This document shows, in pieces, positions 14,346-28,000 of a stretch of DNA of 64,000 bases. This stretch comes from Eledone cirrhosa. Taxonomy: Eukaryota. Location of the stretch: positions 49,910,001 through 49,974,000 of the forward strand of contig OZ024747.1 in assembly GCA_964016885.1 (NCBI GenBank), given 5' to 3'. The translations under genes were made by a program, and so were the position numbers. How positions within the stretch are numbered: the first letter of the stretch is position 1; each line of letters opens with the position of its first letter. The notes below the pieces were generated by a model. The model made no database searches. It saw nothing but the letters and a program-made list of their open reading frames with translations, and was not told the origin of the DNA.

Positions 14346-14489
14346 GAGACACTAACTATAAGTACTGTCACCAAACCACTTCAGTTACCAATTAATTATG
14401 GTGGAAAATGATTACATTGACTGCAATGGAATGGTGGTGAGAGGAGGAAGGGATTAGGTGGGAGAGAGAGAAAGAAGGATAGACATATA

Positions 14490-16435
14490 TCATCATCATC
14501 ATCATCATCATCATCTTCGTTTAACGTCCATTTTCCACGTTAGCATGGGTTAGACAGGAGTTGTCCCACTTGCGGCAAGGCTGGTCGGGTGACCGTGTCT
14601 CGCTCATATAGGACTATCTGGCAGGTTTTCTATGGCTGGATGCCCTTCCTAACACCAACCACATTTACAGTGTGGAACTGGGAACTTTTTACCGTGTTAC
14701 CTACATGACCACATTACAGCGTGGACTGTGTGTGTTTTTTTCTCGTGATACCTACACGATCTCGATCTCATTATCTCGTGCTGTTGGTGGGAGTGGGAGG
14801 ATAGGGTAGGGGTAGTGGATTGGGGTGTATATTTGGTTAAGAGGTGCCTACTGACTGTAGGTTTTGCTTTGTACATAGGCAAAGCAGGTCTTCTGTATTA
14901 CTGTGTAGCGCCAAAGATCTCGGTCCAGAGACATTGTCTTAGATAGATGTACATGTGTGAGGTCGGAATTTATCAGATCATCCCAGGTTTTTCTGGGTCT
15001 ACCTACTCCGTTACTACCATCAATTTTGATCGCCCTGGACTTTTTTATGCAGCTGTCGTCTTTCATGCGCATCACGTGACCATACCAACGTAGTCTTCTC
15101 TCAAATAAACAGCATCTGATCCCTCTTATTCCTAATTTCTCACTTAGTTCATGTTCCTTTCCAGTCTACGCAGGTTCTCTGCACGTAATGCCCATGTCTC
15201 ACTGCCATGTAGCATTGCTGTTCGTATACAGGCATCATACAATCTGCCTTTCATTTTTAGAGAGAAACCTTTTGTGGCCAACAGCGGTATAAGCTCTCTG
15301 AACTTTTTCCATCCCGTTCTGACTCTGGCTACTGTACTTTCAGAACACCCTCCACCACTGCTGATTTCGTCACCCAGGTAACGGAAAGTGTCTACTATTT
15401 CTATAGAACCATCTGGGCAATAGAAGGAGCTAGTATCCTTTGGACACTTGCTACTTATTGCACCTGAGCATTGGCCACATATAAAGTCTACCTTCTTAGA
15501 TAGTTTACCGGTGATCCCACTACATCTTTTATGTACCAATACTTTGCATTTGGGACATAAAATGGAATTTCTGCCTACTCCTTTCCTACACACTGAGCAT
15601 GGCCATTTCCCCGAGGGCACCTGTGCCCTATTTTCCTTTCTACATACTAGAACTTTAGTCTTAGACAAGTTAACTTTAAGGCCTTTTGATTCTAGGCCAT
15701 GCTTCCATGTTTGGAATTTCTTCTCTAGTTCAGCCATAGATTCAGCTATGGGTGTTAGATCATCTACGTATAGGAGTTCCCATGGGCAGCCGGTCTTGAA
15801 CTCCTTTGTTATAGCCTGAAGGGCAATAAATAATAAGAGGGGGCTAAGGACATAGCCTTGATGAACGCCAACTTTTACACTAAATTCTTCACAATATTCA
15901 TTGTTAATTCCAACCTTACTGATTGTTTCATTATACATAGCTTGTATAGCTCTCACAAGCCATTCATCTACACCTAGTTTTCTAAGAGCCCACCAGATAA
16001 TGGAGCAGGGGACGCTGTCAAAAGCTTTCTCCAGGTCTACAAAAGCTAAGTAGAGGGGTTTACTTTTAGCTAGGTACTTCTCTTGTAGTTGTCGTACAAG
16101 GAAAAGAGCGTCTGTGGTACTTTTACCTGACACAAACCCAAACTGCATTTCATCTAGATCAATTTGCTCTCTGATTAGTTGCGCTATAACTCTTTCTGTG
16201 ACCTTCATGACCTGGTCAACTAACTTAATGCCTCTATAGTTTCCTCTATCTAGAGCATCCCCTTTACCCTTGTAGCAGTTAATGATGATGCTGCTACGCC
16301 AGTTTTTCGGTATGACCCTATTCTGTATTACTTGGTTAACTATACGGGTGACCATAGTATGTCCCACCATTCCAGATGCCTTCAACATCTCAGCAACTAT
16401 CTCCGAAGGCCCAGCTGCCTTGCCTGTTTTCATAT

Positions 16436-16438
<3 letters not shown>
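14490..16438 (-). mobile_element. 5'-truncated RTE-clade LINE (RT, Cys-rich insert, 3' UTR)
   Basis: ORF 15144-16438 with NYRGIKL, DLEKAFD, GVHQG, YVDD; C-terminus GRPRKTW/DRDLWR in another frame; tail at 14490-14520; truncated at (TA)n 16439-16500. Confidence 0.96.
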
Positions 16439-16501
<63 letters not shown>

Positions 16502-16897
16502 CGAGAGAGAATAAGAAGAGAGAGAGAGGGAGTCGAAGAGAGACAGGCTTACTATTCAAAGAAAATTTCATTTCAATCTTTAGAGAATACTTTTCAATAT
16601 ATCTATAATTTTAATTGTATTTTTAATTTTGATTTTAAAAATATATTATTTTACAAATTTTTGTTCGCTGTTTTCATTTTGGGGAATAATTGGTTTCATT
16701 TATGAGAATAAAACAAAACTTTAAAAAGAAAATAAAGAAGAATATTAAAAGAAATAAAAATGTTTGAAATAAAAATAAATTCCATTCACAATACTGTTTT
16801 TTTCGTTACTCTCATCTATCTTTCTATTTTTTCTTCTTCTGTGTTACAAAGAAACATTTAGACTCTTTTCCCTTGGCTGTCAATTTTTCTACCAAAT

Positions 16898-17090
16898 CAG
16901 GCATATCAAACTGAGGGTTTCTCGAGGGCCACAAGGGCCACATGTGTTGTCTGAGGGCCACACACGACAACTAATAGCGCACATTACAACTAATTTTACG
17001 AGCATAAAACAAGCTCACATTGTAAAAACCTTTGTGCGGGCCGCATCTAAACTATAATAAAGTAAGGAGCGCGGGACTGCGTACAGTTTA
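16898..17090. mobile_element. Possible hAT (Charlie-like) MITE remnant
   Basis: Starts CAGGCATATCAAAC with repeated GGGCC(A/G)C motifs; no clean second end or TSD. Confidence 0.4.
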
Positions 17091-17137
17091 TAATTTTTTT
17101 ATCCCATTAGTAAAATAAGTTGGGTTACTTTGAATAA

Positions 17138-17313
17138 ATAATTGTTTCTACTATTGGCACAAGGCCAGAAAATTACCCAGTACATTACTGGTACTTTATT
17201 TTATCGACCCCGTAAGGATGAAAGGCAAAGTTAACCTCGGCGGGATTTGAACTCAGAATGGCAAGGGCCGTAACTCTATGCGTCAAAGCATGGCGTCCGA
17301 ACCTCTACCGATA
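17138..17313 (-). mobile_element. SINE family A
   Basis: Reverse complement of the family A consensus. Confidence 0.9.
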
Positions 17314-17869
17314 ATGAATGAATATTAGATAATTTTTCAACTAAATTTCGTGGCTGTTGATTAAATATATTTTGTTTATTTAAAGATTCACTTCTTTAAA
17401 ATTTCTGAAATGTCAACACTTCCGGTTGGCCATCGCTTAAATAAACATACTAATTTTCTCCTAATGCAGTTTATATATAATATCGTCTTTTTTAATGTAT
17501 CATGGGTTACGTTACTGATTAAATAAGACAGTGCAACACAGTCTTCGTTCAATTTCTATGTATTGTATATTGTCAATTACGATTTTATTTGATGTATCAT
17601 ATCTACATGTATATATACCTGCGTATAATATCAATATACACACTGCACATGCTAGCAGAAAACCACCCGAAGGGTGGTTTTTCTGCTAGTGTCTGTAATG
17701 CCTGCACTACATAGAAGCCAGGCAGGAAGCTAGATAACACTATACTTAGACCATGAGACAGATTGTACATGTTACCAGTAGCACACGAGAGCAGCCTGAC
17801 ACACACATATATATATAAAAAGAAATAGGATTTCGCTTCAAGCATAGCTTTATACAATATGTATAAATA

Positions 17870-18210
17870 TTTCGTATCTCCAAAGAAATACGGTTTTAGG
17901 AAGCCGTAGCTATGCAAGCACCGGGGGGCTAACCCCCTCTGGTGATGTCCAGCAGAAGCAAGGGAGACAACCATCTATGCATTTCAGGCTTAACTGGCCG
18001 GCCTTCGTCAGGACGGTCCCTCCCACCGCTTGCGACTGCTGGACTAGAAGACAGGCGAGAATATATAGTTTTCTCGTCTGTGTAAATGAGGTGATGAAGG
18101 ACCGGATCAGATGATGAAGGATCGTGACGAATGGAGAGATGCTGTGTTGAATAGGACCCGTCCCACCCTTGCAAGCAGGGAAAAGCGGACGTAAAATGAT
18201 GATGATGATT
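17870..18210 (+). mobile_element. Short bipartite RTE-derived element (structured 5' part plus RTE 3' end)
   Basis: 18111-18194 encodes MMKDRDEWRDAVLNRTRPTLASREKRT*, an RTE-type C-terminus, followed by (GAT)n; the upstream part is GC-rich with several stems. Confidence 0.6.
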
Positions 18211-18214
18211 ATAT

Positions 18215-18250
<36 letters not shown>

Positions 18251-18414
18251 TATATATACACATACATATCAAAATTAATAAATCACATGAATACACCAAT
18301 TTCGCAATTGAAGGATTAATATCTGTTAGACATGCAGTGACTAACAACAAAATGTTTTAAGTCTGTGTGTTCTGACATATATGCATAGGTTGTGAATATA
18401 AAATTCAAGGGGTT

Positions 18415-18612
18415 TCGCTGGCCGTGGTGATCCCTTCCAAACATCTTTTTTAATGTATCGTCTTATTGGCTAATTTCATTGTATTATTGAGAGTAATTGT
18501 TGCTCAAAAGCATCCGCCACTTTGTTTGCACGTTTATTTATTGTTTCGCTTTCGATTCTTCCTCGATTCTTTCGTCGTTTATCATCAAAATATTTTTCTC
18601 GTTTTGGTAAGT
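18415..18612 (+). promoter_or_regulatory. Candidate promoter / first non-coding exon
   Basis: Locally CpG-rich unique sequence ending in consensus donor TTG|GTAAGT at 18607; ETS-like ACTTCCGGT nearby at 17418-17426. Confidence 0.4.
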
Positions 18613-19034
18613 TATATTGTTAATTTATATATGATTTTTTAAAATTTATATTAACTATTTTTTTTTCAGTTCGTTATAACATGCTTATAATATTGGTTGT
18701 ATCATATTTACTTGTATATTTGTCCATATTATTGTTCGTTTTATGTTTGATTATTTTATTATTATTATGTTAGACTATTTGTATGCAATATTTAATTTTT
18801 ATTATTTCAACTATAACAATTATTATGTAAAATATATTTATTTAATATTGATTGTTTTTGTAGTTGTTTATATTAAAAGTCTGAAAATATTTTTATACAT
18901 CTTACAATAATATTTATAAGATCATTTATAAAATAACAATTATATAACCTAATTACATTACAACGATAATTTATTATTAATATATATCATGTTTAACTAG
19001 AGTTATTACAAGCGTTGCCTTAAAAAAATATTAA

Positions 19035-19681
19035 ACTAGACCTGAAAAATGCGCAAGCTCAAAAGAGCCACAGAATGTTATAATAAATTTTCAAAAGTGT
19101 GAGACTAGAGTTATTGCTCAAAAATATTGTAATCATTATCTATCGTACACTCTGTGGCATCCTTTTATAAAAAAGAGACTCATAACGAACTCAAGACGAC
19201 ACGATAATTATTTAAGTGAATTTATAATATAGAATTCGGTTTAAGTGCATTTCGTATTAATCATTACTAAACATCTAATATGAGATATTGGACATTAGCT
19301 TAAATAATTATTGTCGTCTTGATTTCGTTATGAGTCTCTTTTTTATAAAAGGATGCCACAGAGTGTTTGATAGATAATTGTTTCTACTTTTGGCACAAGG
19401 CCAGCAATTTAACCAGTGTATTACTCGTACTTTATTTTATCGACCCCGTAAGGATGAAAGGCAAAATTAACCTCGACGGGATTTGAACTCAGTCCATAAA
19501 GGGACGTAACTGTGCTGGAAAGCATGGCGTCCGACCCTCTACCGATATTGCCAATCCACCGCAGAGTGTATGATAGATAATGATTACAATATTATTGAGC
19601 AACAACTCTAGTCCCACACTTTTGAAGGTTTATTATAACATTCCTTGGCTCTTTTGAGCATGCGCATTTTTCAGGTCTAGT
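19035..19681. mobile_element. Fold-back MITE with ~180-bp TIRs, flanked by TTAA
   Basis: 19035-19216 is the reverse complement of 19299-19681 once the inserted SINE is removed; TTAA at 19031-34 and 19682-85. Confidence 0.85.
19376..19562 (-). mobile_element. SINE family A inserted in the right arm of the fold-back element
   Basis: Family A sequence with TSD CAGAGTGT(T/A)TGATAGATAAT on both sides. Confidence 0.92.
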
Positions 19682-19878
19682 TTAATATGTAACTGACACG
19701 GAGTTTATTAATATGCATCTTCGTTAATATGCACGGGCTTCGTGAGTGCATCTAGAACCGCTAATCCAATATATGTACCCCAATTCAAATAACAGAAACC
19801 GATTACAACTATAATCTCTATATTCAAACATACATATATACACAGACATATAAATATATATATATATATATATATAAA

Positions 19879-20046
19879 CCGTATTTCCTGGCGCCGAAGA
19901 CACTTCATCTTTGAGGACCCACCCTAATTTTGACAACCAAAAATTTGAAAAAAAATAATAAACAACCTTCGGTCTCCAGGACGCATAGTAGATTTTTGAG
20001 ACTTATTTTAGGAAAAAGGTAACGTCTTGGATGCCGGGAAATATGG
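19879..20046. mobile_element. Tc1/mariner-superfamily (pogo-like) MITE
   Basis: TIRs CCGTATTTCCTGGCGCCGAAGAC ... GTCTTGGATGCCGGGAAATATGG, inserted in a TA run. Confidence 0.8.
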
Positions 20047-20711
20047 TATCTATATATATGTCATTTTGAAGTTTATTAAGTATTTTAGTAATTGATTTTA
20101 AAATATATCAATTTTAAAATTAATTTTTCTCTCTCAATAAAATATATTATTGAAGTATTACAAATAATAAAATTCAACAATATTTTGGCCATTTCCTGAA
20201 AAAAAATGGAATGGAATTTTCTTCTGATTGAATGAATTCTTGCCATAATGTTGCCTTCAGGTTAAAGAATTCAATCATTATTTTAAATTTATTAAAATAT
20301 ATTGTGAATTCATTGTAGATTGATTAAATATATATTTCTTTGTGATTTGTCAATATTTCAAATATTAAGTGAGACATTTTCTGTGGTTGTGTGTGTTTAC
20401 GTTTGTTGTAATGTATGTAAGTGAATGTGTATGTATATGTGTGTGTATGTACATGTGTCTATATGTGAGTGTGTGTTTGTGGTAGTGCATACATATAAAT
20501 TTATTGTTTTTGTATATATGTGCCTGTATGTATGTATATCTCTGTCTGTCTGTCTGTCTGTATGTATGTATTATGTATTGAGTGTATATATGCATGTATA
20601 TATGTATGTATTGGGTGTATGTATGTATATGTGTCTGTATGTGTCTGTCTGTCTGTATATATCTATATATGTATGTATTGGGTGTATGTATGTGTGTATG
20701 TGTGTATGTAT

Positions 20712-20991
20712 CAGGGGCAAAGGGTCCGTGCATGCAATGCATGCAGTGCAAGCATTATAGAATCTTGAGTTGATCAATTGCGTTGGTTGAAGCAAGCAGA
20801 ATTTTGGTGCTTACTGAATCGTAGACACATAAAAAGATAACACACACACACACACACTAGATAACACTACATGCGGCTTTGACCGGGAGGGTCATTTAGA
20901 GGGAATGAGGGGGGATGCACAGCCCACCCACCCCTTTCTGCCATGGCGATTGGACTGCATGACCTGCTTTCCACGTTACCCTCCGCCACTG
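20712..20991. mobile_element. hAT MITE
   Basis: Imperfect TIRs CAGGGGCAAAGGGT ... ACCCTCCGCCACTG; 8-bp TSD GTATGTAT / GTAAGTAT. Confidence 0.75.
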
Positions 20992-21265
20992 GTAAGTATA
21001 TATGTAGAGAAGGTGTTGCAGCCAATTCTATGACCAACAACCTCTCCAGTGCTGGTGCCATGAAAAACACATATTCAATACAGAAAATTATTTGCTGAAA
21101 GAAGGGCATCCAGCTGTAAAAATAATTTGTGATGAGACATCATGTGTATCTAGAGAATCAACAACCTCTCTAATGCTGTTGCCAAGATAAACTGCAATTG
21201 GTGCAGTCTCCAGAGTGCAGGAACAGTGAGATTTAGAGCCCCCCCCCACACACACAGACCCCAGG

Positions 21266-21690
21266 CCATCTGAGATGTCACTAGCTCCAATTATGACTAT
21301 GATGATGTGTCCAACTCTTGCTAGTAGCCCATCTGAGATGTCACTAGCTCCAGTTATGACTGACTTGCTCTATGATGACCAGTCCAACTCTTGCTACCAG
21401 CCCATCTGAGATGTCACTAGCTCCAGTTATGACTGACTTGCTCTATGATGACCTGTCCAACTCTTGCTACCAGCCCATCTGAGATGTCACTAGCTCCAGT
21501 TATGACTGACTTGCTCTATGATGACCTGTCCAACTCTTGCTACCAGCCCATCTGAGATGTCACTAGCTCCAGTTATGACTGACTTGCTCTATGATGACCT
21601 GTCCAACTCTTGCTACCAGCCCATCTGAGATGTCACTAGCTCCAGTTATGACTGACTTGCTCTATGATGACCTGTCCAACTCTTGCTAGT
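21266..21690. repeat. 73-bp tandem repeat, 6 copies
   Basis: CCATCTGAGATGTCACTAGCTCCAGTTATGAC... recurs every 73 bp; the first copy is shorter. Confidence 0.95.
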
Positions 21691-21928
21691 ACGGAAAACA
21701 AACTTCAAATGATAATGTTGATCAAGATGATGATACACACGCACATATATGCACATGTAAAAACACACACATAATCACATGCACACACACACATATTCAC
21801 ATGCACACACACACACACATATTTACATGTACACTAACGTAGCAGCCATCAACAATGATGGGATATATAGTAATAATTATTTAATTGAAACAACCACAAT
21901 ATATATCAGACATTATATATATATATCA

Positions 21929-22094
21929 GGGCGGTGGATTGGCATGCTTTTCAGCATAGTTACGTCCCTTTACGATCTGAGTTCAAATCCCACCGAGGTT
22001 GAATTTGCCTTTCATCCTTACGGGGTGGATAAAATAAAGTACCAGTAATGCACTGGGTAATTGCTGGCCTTGTGCCTAAAGTAGAAACAATTAT
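21929..22094 (+). mobile_element. SINE family A (internally deleted head)
   Basis: Family A consensus whose tail runs into the large satellite. Confidence 0.9.
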
Positions 22095-25000
22095 ATATAT
22101 ATACATATCACACACTATATATATCACACACTATATATATCACACATTATATATATCACACGTTATATATATATCACACACTATATATCACACACTATAT
22201 ATATCACACACTATATAAATCACACACTATATATATCACACTATATATATCACACACTATATATCACACACTATATATATCACACACTATATATATCACG
22301 CACTATATATCAAACACTATATATATAACACACTATATATATCACACACTATATATATCACACACTATATATATCACGCACTATATATCACACACTATAT
22401 ATATCACGCACTATATATCACACACTATATATATCACACACTATATATATATCACACACTATATATCACACACTATATATATCACACACTATGTATATCA
22501 CACAATATATATATCACACACTATATATATCACACACTATATATATCACACACTATATATATCACACACTATATATCACACACTATATATATCACACACT
22601 ATATATATCACACACTATATATATATCACACACTATATATATCACACACTATGTATATCACACACTATATATATCACACACTATATATATCACACACACT
22701 ATATATCACACACTATATATATCACACACTATATATCACACACTATATATATCACACACTATATATATCACACACTATATATATATCACACACTATATAT
22801 ATATATCACACACTATATATATCACACACTATATATCACACACTATATATATCACACACTATATATATCACACACTATATATATCACACACTATATATAT
22901 CACACACTATATATATCACACACTATATACATCACACACTATATATATCACACACTATATACATCACCCACTATATATAACACACTTTATATCACACACT
23001 ATATTTATCACTCACTATATATCACACACTATATATATCACACACTATATATATCACACACTATATATATCACACACTATATATCACACACTATATATCA
23101 CACACTATATATCACACACTATATATATCACACACTATATATCACACACTATATATCAAACACTATATATATCACACACTATATATCACACACTATATAT
23201 CACACACTATATATATCACACACTATATATCACACACTATATATCACACACTATATATCACACACTAGATATCACACACTATATATCACACACTAGATAT
23301 CACACACTATATATCACACACTATATATCACACACTATATATCACACACGATAAATCACACACTATATATCCTACGCTATATATATCACACACTATATAT
23401 CACATACTATATATATCATACGCTATATATCACATACTATATATCACACACTATATATCACACACTATATATCATACGCTATATATATCACACACTATAT
23501 ATTACACACTATATATATAATACGCTATATATCACACACTATATATCACAGACTATATATATCATGCGCTATATATATCACACACTATATATAACACACA
23601 CTATATATCTCACACACTATATATATCACACACTATATATCACACACTATATATCACACACTATATATATCATACGCTATATATCACACACTATATATAT
23701 CACACACTATATATATCACACACTATATATCACACACTATATATCATATGCTATATATATCACACAATATATATCGCATACTATATATATCATACGCTAT
23801 ATATCACACACTATATATATCACACTATATATCACACACTATATATCACACACTATATATCACACACTATATATCACACACTATATATATCATACGCTAT
23901 ATATCACACACTATATATATCACACACTATATATATCACACACTATATGTCACACACTATATATCACACACTATATATCACACACTATATATATCATACA
24001 CTATATATATCACACACTATATATCACACACTATATATATCACACACTATATATATCACACACTATATATCACACACTATATATCACACACTATATATAT
24101 CATACGCTATATATCACACACTATATATATCACACACTATATATATCACACACTATAAATCACACACTATATATCACACACTATATATCACACACTATAT
24201 ATATCACACACTATATATATCACACACTATATATATCACACACTATATATCACACGCTATATATCACACACTATATATCACACACTATATATATCACACA
24301 CTATATATATCACACACACTATATATCACACACTATATATATCACACACTATATATCACACACTATATATATCACACACTATATATATATCACACACTAT
24401 ATATATCACACACTATATATATATATATATCACACACTATATATATCACACACTATCTATCACACACTATATATATCACACACTATATATATCACACACT
24501 ATATATATCACACACTATATATCACACACTATATATATCACACACTATATATATCACACACTATATATATCACACACTATATATATCACACACTATGTAT
24601 ATCACACACTATATATACCACACACTATATATCACACACTATATATCACACACTATATATATCATACGCTATATATCACACACTATATATATCACACACT
24701 ATATATATCACACACTATATATCACACACTATATATCACACACTATATATCACACACTATATATATCATACGCTATATATATCACACACTATATATCACA
24801 CACTATATATATCACACACTATATATATCACACACTATATATCACACACTATATATCACACACTATATATATCATACGCTATATATCACACACTATATAT
24901 CACACACTATACACACACTATATATCACACACTATATATATCACACACTATATATCACACACTATATATATCACACACTATATATCACACACTATATATC

Positions 25001-28000
25001 ACACACTATATATCACACACTAGATATCACACACTATATATCACACACTAGATATCACACACTATATATCACACACTATATATCACACACTAGATATCAC
25101 ACACTATATATCACACACTAGATATCACACACTATATATCACACACTATATATCACACACTATATATCACACACGATAAATCACACACTATATATCCTAC
25201 GCTATATATATCACACACTATATATCACATACTATATATATCATACGCTATATATCACATACTATATATCACACACTATATATCACACACTATATATCAT
25301 ACGCTATATATATCACACACTATATATTACACACTATATATATAATACGCTATATATCACACACTATATATCACAGACTATATATATCATGCGCTATATA
25401 TATCACACACTATATATAACACACACTATATATCTCACACACTATATATATCACACACTATATATCACACACTATATATCACACACTATATATATCATAC
25501 GCTATATATCACACACTATATATATCACACACTATATATATCACACACTATATATCACACACTATATATCATATGCTATATATATCACACAATATATATC
25601 GCATACTATATATATCATACGCTATATATCACACACTATATATATCACACTATATATCACACACTATATATCACACACTATATATCACACACTATATATC
25701 ACACACTATATATATCATACGCTATATATCACACACTATATATATCACACACTATATATATCACACACTATATGTCACACACTATATATCACACACTATA
25801 TATCACACACTATATATATCATACGCTATATATATCACACACTATATATCACACACTATATATATCACACACTATATATCACACACTATATATCACACAC
25901 TATATATCATACGCTATATATATCACACTATATATATCACACACTATATATATCACACACTATATATATCACACACTATATATCACACACTATATATCAT
26001 ACGCTATATATATCACACACTATATATTACACACTATATATATAATACGCTATATATCACACACTATATATCACACGCTATATATCACACACTATATATC
26101 ACACACTATATATATCACACACTATATATATCACACACACTATATATCACACACTATATATATCACACACTATATATCACACACTATATATATCACACAC
26201 TATATATATATCACACACTATATATATCACACACTATATATATATATATATCACACACTATATATATCACACACTATATATCACACACTATATATATCAC
26301 ACACTATATATATCACACACTATATATATCACACACTATATATATCACACACTATGTATATCACACACTATATATACCACACACTATATATCACACACTA
26401 TATATCACACACTATATATCACACACTATATATCACACACTATATATATCATACGCTATATATCACACACTATATATATCACACACTATATATATCACAC
26501 ACTATATATCACACACTATATATCACACACTATATATCACACACTATATATATCATATGCTATATATATCACACACTATATATCACACACTATATATATC
26601 ACACACTATATATATCACACACTATATATCACACACTATATATCACACACTATATATATCATACGCTATATATCACACACTATATATCACACACTATACA
26701 CACACTATATATCACACACTATATATATCACACACTATATATCACACACTATATATATCACACACTATATATCACACACTATATATCACACACTATATAT
26801 CACACACTAGATATCACACACTATATATCACACACTAGATATCACACACTATATATCACACACTATATATCACACACTATATATCACACACTATATATCC
26901 TACGCTATATATATCACACACTATATATCACATACTATATATATCATACGCTATATATCACACACTATATATCACACACTATATATCACACACTATATAT
27001 CATACGCTATATATATCACACACTATATATTACACACTATATATATAATACACTATATATCACACACTATATATCACACACTATATATATCATGCACTAT
27101 ATATATCACACACTATATATATCACACACTATATATATCACACACTATATATCACACACTATATATCACACACTATATATATCATACGCTATATATCACA
27201 CACTATATATATCACACACTATATATATCACACACTATATATATCACACACTATATATCACACACTATATATCACACACTATATATCACACACTATATAT
27301 CATACGCTATATATATCACACTATATATATCACACACTATATATATCACACACTATATATATCACACACTATATATATCACACACTATATATCACACACT
27401 ATATATCACACACTATATATCACACACTATATATCATACGCTATATATATCACACTATATATATCACACACTATATATATCACACACTATATATATCACA
27501 CACTATATATATCAAACACTATATATCACACACTATATATCATACGCTATATATATCACACAATATATATCGCACACTATATATATCATACGCTATATAT
27601 CACACACTATATATATCACACTATATATCACACACTATATATCACACACTATATATCACACACTATATATCACACACTATATATCATACGCTATATATAT
27701 CACACTATATATATCACACACTATATATATCACACACTATATATATCACACACTATATATCACACACTATATATCATACGCTATATATATCACACACTAT
27801 ATATTACACACTATATATATAATACGCTATATATCACACACTATATATCACACACTATATATATCATGCACTATATATATCACACACTATATATATCACA
27901 CACTATATATATCACACACTATATATATCACACACTATATATCACACACTATATATCACACACTATATATATCATACGCTATATATCACACACTATATAT

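Noticed and set aside
21266-21690. 73-bp periodic array resembling CRISPR or a tRNA array
   Set aside because: Units are essentially identical end to end and show no cloverleaf or A/B boxes
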